Made by a program: the position numbers and the translations under genes. From Deltaproteobacteria bacterium (GTDB taxonomy: Bacteria; Desulfobacterota; Dissulfuribacteria; Dissulfuribacterales; Sh68): 42,075 nt of DNA. This document shows, in pieces, positions 29,900 through 36,909 of the stretch. How positions within the stretch are numbered: position 1 is the first letter of the stretch; every line of letters starts with the position of its first letter. Under the pieces are notes generated by a model. The model saw nothing but the letters and a program-made list of their open reading frames with translations, did not search any database and was not told where the DNA came from. The DNA lies in NCBI GenBank assembly GCA_021787835.1, contig JAJYLJ010000003.1:1-42075 (forward strand), in the 5' to 3' direction.

Positions 29900-30418
29900 A
29901 TGTTTAATTTGGAAAACAATATCTTCGGGGCTGAACACTTTAAAATCTTAAACGAAGCCTTATATATATCCGAAGAGATCACGACAGATTATTTTTTATT
30001 CGATAACAAGCGTTGGATGAAAAATCCATATGAGATCTTGACATTAAAAGATGTCCCGGTGAATGAACATCCTGATAAGGCACTTGCACATTTAGTGCGC
30101 TATACAAAAGATTTAAAACAAAAGAAAAGCGGCAGTGACGATAGGGCGTTTTATAGGATATGCCTTAATGACTACCGTATCCTTAAAAAAACTTTTGGCG
30201 GGGCTAGAGAAAAACTCCTACCTTTTCTATTATATATAATGACCCATGAGCTTGTGCATATAGCAAGATTCGCCCTTTTTGCCTCCCATCCTGTTATATC
30301 GACACATAAAAACGAAGAGAGGCTGACACACGACTTAACATGTGAGATATTGAAACCGCTCACGAGCATAAAAAGTCTTGCAGAGGTGGCAGACGGATTT
30401 AGAATAGGCTCTCATTAG
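29900..30418 (+). CDS. Hypothetical protein with an HExxH motif (possible small metallopeptidase-like protein)
   Basis: 172-aa ORF in the AT-rich block. Its only recognisable element is LYIMTHELVHIARF (HExxH), preceded by a hydrophobic helix. No family recognised and no signal peptide. Confidence 0.45.
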   Translation: MFNLENNIFGAEHFKILNEALYISEEITTDYFLFDNKRWMKNPYEILTLKDVPVNEHPDKALAHLVRYTKDLKQKKSGSDDRAFYRICLNDYRILKKTFGGAREKLLPFLLYIMTHELVHIARFALFASHPVISTHKNEERLTHDLTCEILKPLTSIKSLAEVADGFRIGSH

Positions 30419-30533
30419 TTATTTTGTTTTAAAAGGACCACGGCAATATATGAATTTCATAATAAAAATTGAGTTGTTATCACGGTTTAAATTTCAATCT
30501 AAAATATAATATTTTAGTCATGGAGGTATTAAG

Positions 30534-30827
30534 ATGCCAATATACGAATATGAATGCAATTCTTGCGGTAAAATTATTGAACACATGCAGAAGCTTTCCG
30601 ATCCTAATCCCCAAAAATGCTCATGCGGCGGCAGACTCAACAAGCTGATTTCCAACTCAAGTTTTCATCTGAAAGGAACAGGTTGGTATGTAACGGACTA
30701 TAAGGGGAAAAAGGGCGAGACCTCCAAAAAATCAAGCAGTAAGCCGCTGGCTGAAACAAAGACGCCCGCCAATCAGGACATATCTACATCCTCATCGAAA
30801 GAAACTCCGGCCGCCTGTAAGCCATAA
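30534..30827 (+). CDS. FmdB-family zinc-ribbon protein (CxxC_CxxC_SSSS type)
   Basis: 97 aa. MPIYEYECNSCG...KCSCGG is the canonical FmdB/TIGR02605-type opening, followed by a low-complexity Ser/Lys tail. SD ggagg upstream. Confidence 0.8.
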   Translation: MPIYEYECNSCGKIIEHMQKLSDPNPQKCSCGGRLNKLISNSSFHLKGTGWYVTDYKGKKGETSKKSSSKPLAETKTPANQDISTSSSKETPAACKP

Positions 30828-30904
30828 GCCCCCAAAGCCGCAGAATCAACCGCGTCCGCGTCGGCGCATTACGCGTAATAACTACAGCCATAATCAGGAG
30901 AGTC

Positions 30905-30938
30905 GGTTCGAGGCCACACAGTGCTTTTGCCTCGAACC
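30905..30938. terminator. Hairpin between the convergent FmdB-family and MerR-family genes (possible bidirectional terminator)
   Basis: A 10-bp stem, ggttcgaggc (30905-30914) with gcctcgaacc (30929-30938), around a 14-nt loop. There is no clean T-tract on either side. Confidence 0.35.
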
Positions 30939-30947
30939 AAATCGGCA

Positions 30948-31451
30948 CTACGAACAGTTTGGGCTAATGCAATTGGCAGGATTGGCCTCTCTTTTTTTAA
31001 CCCTTATGATCTTGAGATTTTTCTTTATATTTGCACATCCTGACGCCTCGTCCCTTGCTTCCTTCATGGCCTTTATATAGACATCACATTCCTGGCAATG
31101 ATTTAGCTCTCTGGCGCAGGCCGTGCTCGCCCTCTCCCAGCAAGGCACAATCTTATTTGCAAAGGCAGTGCATTTTTCTCTTCTTTCCGGAGGGCATTTC
31201 TTGATTTCCCAGCATGGCGTCAACTCAAGCAGCTTTTTTATGCCAGGGATGCTTATACCTTCTTCATGGATAAGATGACGCAAACAACTTATCCACTCGA
31301 CATCATCCTGAGAATAATAGCGCTTATTACCTTGGCGGGCAGGATTGATGAGGCCCTCTTCCTCATATACCCTGAGGGTTCTAGGGTGCAATCCGAGCAG
31401 TTTGGCCGCTACACTTATGGGATAAATGGGTTCATTTTTGTCGAGTTCCAT
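30948..31451 (-). CDS. MerR-family (HspR-like) transcriptional regulator fused to a Cys/Trp-rich C-terminal domain with two PCWE motifs
   Basis: 167 aa. N-terminal HTH ISVAAKLLGLHPRTLRVYEEEGLINPARQGNKRYYSQDDVEWISCLRHL. C-terminal TPCWEIKKCPPERREKCTAF...VPCWERASTACARELNHCQECDVY. SD ggaggg lies 3 nt upstream of the ATG at 31451. Confidence 0.8.
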   Translation of the reverse strand: MELDKNEPIYPISVAAKLLGLHPRTLRVYEEEGLINPARQGNKRYYSQDDVEWISCLRHLIHEEGISIPGIKKLLELTPCWEIKKCPPERREKCTAFANKIVPCWERASTACARELNHCQECDVYIKAMKEARDEASGCANIKKNLKIIRVKKREANPANCISPNCS

Positions 31452-32385
31452 TTTCCCTCCTATTTTATATGGTCATGTAACTTTAACAACTTTAAGCATT
31501 CTAATGTTTAACTATTAAAAAATATAAATTTTTATGTCAATATTTAAATTTGAATATCATTCATTTTTTAACTTTTTTAGCCTTTACCAAAATAATTCAA
31601 TAACGGTCTTTTAATAATTATAATATGATAGTTAAAGGAAAGAAACATCAAGAAGAATCTATTTTGATGAATTTTCTATAAAAACTAAAAATAAATATTG
31701 AGGCCATTAAGATATAACCATTACAACATATCGCATCCTGGACTGAGAAGAGGATTTGCAAGAATCAAATTTGCATTAGCGGCCCTGAGGATCTTTAGAT
31801 GCGTGCAATCTGATCTTAACATAATCATATAAGAAAATATCCTCACAAGTATATTGTTTTCATCAATCCAGCTAGCCATAATTATAAATGATAATATCAT
31901 GCAGCGCTAAGATAGCCATTTTTTTGTTTTAACCGATGATGTCAAAGACAGATAAGGCCCAAAATATTGCACTCGACAATAATCATACATATATGGAATA
32001 CTGTTGATCGGGAAGATAGTAGAATATCCAATGGCGTCAAAATTTATTCTTTTAACTAGCTAATTTTATTATTATTTATAAATTTTATTTATATTAAAAT
32101 TGTAAGAATATTAACAGATTAATTTTTTCCATTAATTACAATTAAAATATTTTACATTCACGATAAATATTTATCCATTTTTATTGATAGATTGAATATC
32201 ACAATTTTTTTATAATAAAAAATATCTTGATTTTAACATTTTAAATTGTCAACTAACTAATTGAAAATATTATTTTTTTCTTGACAAAACAAAAAAATAA
32301 TTTATTCTTTTAATTAAAGATATAAGATTAAAAGTCAATAAAAATACGCTTTAATTAACTTCTTGAATAAGGAGGAAAGCGGACC

Positions 32386-32628
32386 ATGAATAAAATGAAG
32401 GCAATAAAAACAAAACTGAAAGAACGTAGCAATAAAATTATCAATATTGATGATATATCAAGCGTTGATTTTGAGGAAGAGGTAGGCAACATAGGTTTGG
32501 GATCAGCAGGCATAGTAGCTGGACTTGTTGGGGCGTGGAGTCTTATCTGTCTTGCAGCTGGGCTTATAGCAGCTCATGGTCCTATTGGTTTTATAACAAG
32601 TTGGATTGGTGCAGTTATTGGCAATTAA
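32386..32628 (+). CDS. Small membrane protein, paralogue 1 (charged N-terminus, glycine-zipper hydrophobic C-terminus), unknown family
   Basis: 80 aa. SD aaggagg (32369-32375) lies 10 nt before the ATG. The C-terminal 44 aa, GLGSAGIVAGLVGAWSLICLAAGLIAAHGPIGFITSWIGAVIGN, align without gaps to the next ORF (23 of 44 identical, my count). Confidence 0.65.
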   Translation: MNKMKAIKTKLKERSNKIINIDDISSVDFEEEVGNIGLGSAGIVAGLVGAWSLICLAAGLIAAHGPIGFITSWIGAVIGN

Positions 32629-32657
32629 ATTAATTAATTCAGAAAGGAGGCTCTAAA

Positions 32658-32888
32658 ATGCAAAACGCTTATTCAACAACACAGGTAAAGGCAAAGGATA
32701 AGGCCGGCATAGACGTGTCAAGCACGAGTATAGAAAAAGAGATATCGAAATTAACACTGGCCGCAGGTGGTATAATGGCTGGCGCCGTAGGTGTATGGGG
32801 CCTTGTATGTCTTGCGGCGGGCATGATTTCTGCTGGCGGACCAATAGAACTCGCCAAGGCATGGTTTTCTGCTGTGACAGGTATGTAA
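32658..32888 (+). CDS. Small membrane protein, paralogue 2 (tandem duplicate of 32386..32628), unknown family
   Basis: 76 aa. SD aaaggagg (32643-32650) lies 7 nt before the ATG. C-terminal sequence is TLAAGGIMAGAVGVWGLVCLAAGMISAGGPIELAKAWFSAVTGM. The shared pattern is AG-I-x-AG-x-VG-x-W-x-L-x-CLAAG-x-I-x-A-x-GPI-x5-W-x2-AV-x-G. Confidence 0.65.
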   Translation: MQNAYSTTQVKAKDKAGIDVSSTSIEKEISKLTLAAGGIMAGAVGVWGLVCLAAGMISAGGPIELAKAWFSAVTGM

Positions 32889-32948
32889 TTTGTAATATAT
32901 AATCTAATATATTACAAATGATGGGACATCTTTTTGATGTCCCATCAT
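32888..32948 (+). terminator. Two consecutive perfect 13-bp hairpins after the small-protein pair (putative terminator)
   Basis: Hairpin 1 is atttgtaatatat (32888-32900) with atatattacaaat (32907-32919). Hairpin 2 is atgatgggacatc (32918-32930) with gatgtcccatcat (32936-32948), loop ttttt. T-rich sequence follows, but the T-tract is not immediately adjacent. Confidence 0.55.
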
Positions 32949-33096
32949 AAAGTTATCTTTCTTTTTCTCATTCATCAATTACCTCTCCATTAAAAAACAT
33001 CCTTAATCTATCAGATAAAGATGTTTTGCCCTTCCATTTACGCTAAGATTTAATTATTATTTTATTATTTGGTTAATGTTTATATTTTTGAACTTA

Positions 33097-33119
33097 AAGA
33101 TAATTTTTTTAATTATCTT
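33097..33119. repeat. Perfect 9-bp inverted repeat with 5-nt spacer abutting the SD of the ftsH-like gene (possible operator or 5-UTR hairpin)
   Basis: aagataatt (33097-33105), ttttt, then aattatctt (33111-33119). The SD gggagg starts at 33121 and the TTG start is at 33133. Confidence 0.5.
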
Positions 33120-33132
33120 CGGGAGGAAATAA

Positions 33133-35016
33133 TTGCGTTATATGATCAGGGCCTTAATGGCCATTATAATATTTGCTGCAATAGGAATAACCGTTTATTT
33201 GCCCTGGCACTTTGAAGATCAACTTCCAGTTATGAAATATAGCGATTTTATAACAGCCGTCAAAAAGGGGGAAATTTCAGAAGTAAAAATCGAAGGCGGA
33301 GAGCTGACGATAACAGATAACAACAGACGGACCTTTTTTACTTTTTCACCCGACATAAATAATCTTATCCCCACATTATTAGAACACAAAGTTTCAATAA
33401 AGACTGAATCCACCAAACTAGGCTTCATATTCTATCTCCTTATCGCAACAATATTCTTAAGTATAACAGGGCTTTTCATATTATGGTTCTTCAATAAGCA
33501 AATCAGGAAAAAAGAAGACAGTAAGTTTGCAAAAACCAAAATTATCAATCTCTGCGAACGCATCAAGTGCGCTACATTTGATGATATAAAAGGTATCAAC
33601 GAAGCGAAAGAAGAGGTGGAAGAAATCGTAGAATTTCTCAGGCAACCTTCCTCAGTAAGCCGCCTTGGCGGAAGAATCCCAAAAGGTGTCTTGCTCATGG
33701 GTCCCCCAGGCACTGGCAAGACATTGCTCGCCAGGGCCATCGCCGGCGAGTCCGGTGTGCCTTTTTTTAGTATAAGCGGTTCAGATTTTGTAGAGATGTT
33801 TGTCGGGGTCGGGGCATCCAGGGTTAGAGAACTCTTTAAGGAGGCCAAAAAAAATGCACCTTGCATAATCTTTATAGACGAAATAGACGCCGTAGGTAAA
33901 AACAGGGGAATGGGCGATGCGCCAGGCGGTCAAGAAGAAAGGCAGCAGACCCTCAACGCACTTCTGGTGGAGATGGATGGCTTTGAATCAGATGACAATA
34001 TAGTAGTTTTGGCCGCGACCAACCGGCCCGATATTTTAGACCCAGCCCTTTTACGTCCCGGGCGCTTTGACAGACGCATTTATATCCTGCCGCCCGACAT
34101 GAAAGGCCGCATTGATATCCTGAAAATACACACAAGAAATGTCGTTTTATCAAAAGACATAGACCTTGATGCTATCGCCAAAAGCATACCAGGCTTTACC
34201 GGTGCCGATATCCGCAACCTGGTCAATGAAGCAGCCCTTGTAGGGGCGAGGAAGGGCAAGGATGCCATAGAGATGGAAGACTTTGAGGAAGCCAAAGATA
34301 AGATCATTCTTGGGGTCGAAAGAAAGGGGATGGTAATGAACGAACAAGATAGACGGACCGTTGCCTATCATGAGGTGGGTCATGCCATTATGGCTAAAAT
34401 ATTACCCAATACCGACCCTGTCCACAAAATAACGATTATCCCGAGAGGAAGGGCTATGGGGATAACTCAACAGATCCCCCTTGATGACCATCATGCGTAT
34501 TCAAAGGAATACCTGACGAACAGGATTAAAATCATCTTTGGAGGAAGGGCGGCCGAAGAAGTGGTATTTGACAAAATAACGACTGCCGCAAGAGATGATA
34601 TCATAAGGGCGACGGAAATAGCCACAATGATGGTATGCCAATATGGAATGAGCGATAATATCGGTCCGGTCTCTTATCAGTCTACTACCGGCTCCTTTTT
34701 GTTAGGAGAGTCTCGCCCGCTATTTTTAAGTGAAGAGATAGCCAGCCTGGCAGACAGGGAAATAAAAGGATTTCTGGAAGAATGTTATGAATCTGCAAAA
34801 GATACGATAAAAAAGGAGAGGCAGCTGCTGACAAAAGTAGCTGAAATATTATTGATCCAAGAGACGTTGGACAGAGAAGAATTTGAGATAATTTATGAAT
34901 GCAATCAAAAACTTATGAAAGAAGATATGCAAAATTCCGACAAATGCTCTATCTGTAACATAGCTTGGTGTGAAAAAAAACTTGCAGGGCGCCAAGACGA
35001 AAGCACTGAAGCCTAA
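33133..35016 (+). CDS. ATP-dependent zinc metalloprotease FtsH family, divergent paralogue with Cys-rich C-terminal tail
   Basis: 627 aa. Two TMs, Walker A GPPGTGKT, Walker [33 protein letters not shown], protease site HEVGHAI. It departs from the usual FtsH consensus at [14 protein letters not shown] and TTAARDD. The C-terminus is [30 protein letters not shown] start 6 nt after gggagga. Confidence 0.9.
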   Translation: MRYMIRALMAIIIFAAIGITVYLPWHFEDQLPVMKYSDFITAVKKGEISEVKIEGGELTITDNNRRTFFTFSPDINNLIPTLLEHKVSIKTESTKLGFIFYLLIATIFLSITGLFILWFFNKQIRKKEDSKFAKTKIINLCERIKCATFDDIKGINEAKEEVEEIVEFLRQPSSVSRLGGRIPKGVLLMGPPGTGKTLLARAIAGESGVPFFSISGSDFVEMFVGVGASRVRELFKEAKKNAPCIIFIDEIDAVGKNRGMGDAPGGQEERQQTLNALLVEMDGFESDDNIVVLAATNRPDILDPALLRPGRFDRRIYILPPDMKGRIDILKIHTRNVVLSKDIDLDAIAKSIPGFTGADIRNLVNEAALVGARKGKDAIEMEDFEEAKDKIILGVERKGMVMNEQDRRTVAYHEVGHAIMAKILPNTDPVHKITIIPRGRAMGITQQIPLDDHHAYSKEYLTNRIKIIFGGRAAEEVVFDKITTAARDDIIRATEIATMMVCQYGMSDNIGPVSYQSTTGSFLLGESRPLFLSEEIASLADREIKGFLEECYESAKDTIKKERQLLTKVAEILLIQETLDREEFEIIYECNQKLMKEDMQNSDKCSICNIAWCEKKLAGRQDESTEA

Positions 35017-35193
35017 GACGCCGACTATTTAATTTTATGGCCTGCCCAAAGTACCCTGTCGCAGACGTTCAGGGACACAGTGCATTTGGCGAAGGAAAAG
35101 ATGTTAGGTGAAGCGGCAGCTTAATGGGTGGTGGTATTAGATCAGGTCGCGGCTGTTATATATAATGTTCCATTGATAAGCAACAATCCCCTG

Positions 35194-36909
35194 CTACATC
35201 AAATCAGAGGCGATTTTCGCCTTTAATTCCTGAATTTTTTTCTCTATATCCGCCTTTCCCTTGGCGTCTTTGGTAAACTCAAGGGCCTTTTTAAAAAAAA
35301 GCATGGCATTCTTATAATTATTTCCGGCAAGATAGGCATCTGCAAGGTGTTCAATGATAGTCGGGTCGTCAGGTATGAGTCCGTTTGCCTTTGCGAGAAA
35401 CTCGACAGCCTTTTTATATTCGCCCTTCTTATAATAAACCCACCCCAAGCTGTCGATGATATATCCATCATCAGGCGCCTTTGTAAGGGCCCTTTTTATC
35501 AATCCCTCAGCCTCATCAAGATTTATCCCCTCTTCAGCGTAAGTGTAGCCAAGATAGTTGAGCGCAGAGACATGATCAGGGTCCAGCTTGATGACCTTTT
35601 TGACAAGACTTACAGCCCGTTGCCTGTATCCGGCCTTATCTTCCAGCATGGCCAAGGAAAATAAGAAAGTTACATTATCAGGGCTCGCCTCCAACGCCTT
35701 ATTAAGCACGGACTCCGCATCGGATATCCTGCCCGCATCCTCATAGAGCCCGGCAAGGCCCAATATCCACGGCTCGGCATTGGGTTGCGTCTCAAGAAGC
35801 CCCTTGAGTAATTTAATCGCCTTGTCAGACTCGCCTTTTCTCTTTAAAAGAAGGGCGAGCCGGTACTTTGCGTCAATAAAATTATCCTCGCCCTTCTTGA
35901 TCTTCTCCAAGAGATCGATTGCTGCGTCTATGTCGCCTTTTTGCTCATTTGCTATAGCCATGTAAAAGAGCACCTGACCGCTTTCAGGGTATGTCTTGGC
36001 GAGTTCCTTGAGTGTGGCAATGGCCTCGTCATATCTGTCAAGCTGAAGAAGCACCAGTGCGATCCTGAGCCCAATCCTCGGATCATCAGGAACCAGGGCC
36101 CTTAACTGTCTCAGCTCTTCAAGCGCCTCGTCATATCGCTTTTCCTCCACCAAAAGACCCACAAGCTCATCTCTGGCATCCGTGTTGCCTGGCTCAATGA
36201 CGAGAAATGCCTTACACATATCTATGGCCTCTGGCAAAGAACCCATCTGTTCATAGATGTTAGCCAAATCAAGATAAACGGCCGGAAAGTGCCTGTTCAA
36301 CTCAAGGCTCTTTTTCAGAAACTCCAACGCCCTTGGGTAATCCTTGGAATCTCTATAGAGCATCCCAAGATAATAATAGGCCAAAAAAGAGCGCGGGCCA
36401 GGTATCCGCGCCAACCTTTTAAAAGATTCTTCGGCCTTTGCAAAATCCTTGGCCTGAGCGTAAATAGAACCTTGCAGAAATAAGGCGTCTGAATAATCAG
36501 GGTTGGATTTTAAAATCTTATTTATAATGTCCAGCGCTGCACCGGAGTTATCATGCGCCGCATAACAACGGGCCAGCATGACTTTAAGCCCGATGTCTCC
36601 GGGATCGCTGGCTATGGCCCGCTTGGCCCATGTCTCACAGGCGTCGAAATCCCCTTTTTGAAAGGCGGTATTGGCAAGCTCTCTCATGATCGTCACAGCC
36701 CCGGGATCCAATTCAAGAACGCGCTTTAATAAATCCATGGCCGCATCGAACTTGCCGTTGTCCCTTTCTATATTAGCCTGCATATAATAGGCATAGGCAT
36801 CTTTACGGGCGGAATTTTCGTCCCCTGCGCCATCGCTTGAAGGGATCAAGGCCAATATGAGAAAAAATAAAAAAAGAAACCTTACGCTGCGCATCCGCTT
36901 TATGGTCAT
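35194..36909 (-). CDS. Secreted tetratricopeptide-repeat (TPR) protein
   Basis: 571 aa. Signal-like N-terminus (VRFLFLFFLILALIPSS), then TPR-like 34-aa repeats along the whole length (recurrent A-x3-Y/F-x2-A...P pattern). Its start overlaps the rpoH stop by 4 nt. Confidence 0.85.
   Translation of the reverse strand: MTIKRMRSVRFLFLFFLILALIPSSDGAGDENSARKDAYAYYMQANIERDNGKFDAAMDLLKRVLELDPGAVTIMRELANTAFQKGDFDACETWAKRAIASDPGDIGLKVMLARCYAAHDNSGAALDIINKILKSNPDYSDALFLQGSIYAQAKDFAKAEESFKRLARIPGPRSFLAYYYLGMLYRDSKDYPRALEFLKKSLELNRHFPAVYLDLANIYEQMGSLPEAIDMCKAFLVIEPGNTDARDELVGLLVEEKRYDEALEELRQLRALVPDDPRIGLRIALVLLQLDRYDEAIATLKELAKTYPESGQVLFYMAIANEQKGDIDAAIDLLEKIKKGEDNFIDAKYRLALLLKRKGESDKAIKLLKGLLETQPNAEPWILGLAGLYEDAGRISDAESVLNKALEASPDNVTFLFSLAMLEDKAGYRQRAVSLVKKVIKLDPDHVSALNYLGYTYAEEGINLDEAEGLIKRALTKAPDDGYIIDSLGWVYYKKGEYKKAVEFLAKANGLIPDDPTIIEHLADAYLAGNNYKNAMLFFKKALEFTKDAKGKADIEKKIQELKAKIASDLM

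Noticed and set aside
30905-30938. GGTTCGAGG hairpin as a remnant tRNA T-arm or att site marking an integrated island
   Set aside because: The flanks do not complete a T-stem or acceptor stem. The sequence is not a repeat of the tRNA-Pro 3 end, and no integrase is present. It is more simply an intergenic hairpin between convergent genes.
31452-32385. CRISPR array, tandem repeats or an HspR HAIR operator in the AT-rich spacer
   Set aside because: I saw only short low-complexity A/T repeats, such as AACTTTAA twice at 31479-31495. There are no regularly spaced repeats of 20 nt or more, and no CTTGAGT-N7-ACTCAAG-like element.
32386-32888. Two-peptide (class IIb-like) bacteriocin precursors with double-glycine leaders
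   Set aside because: GxxxG-rich adjacent small genes and an AAGG in the second protein suggested this. However, the first protein lacks a GG site and the leader consensus (L-x3-E-L-x2-I-x-GG) fits poorly. No C39-peptidase ABC exporter or immunity gene is nearby.
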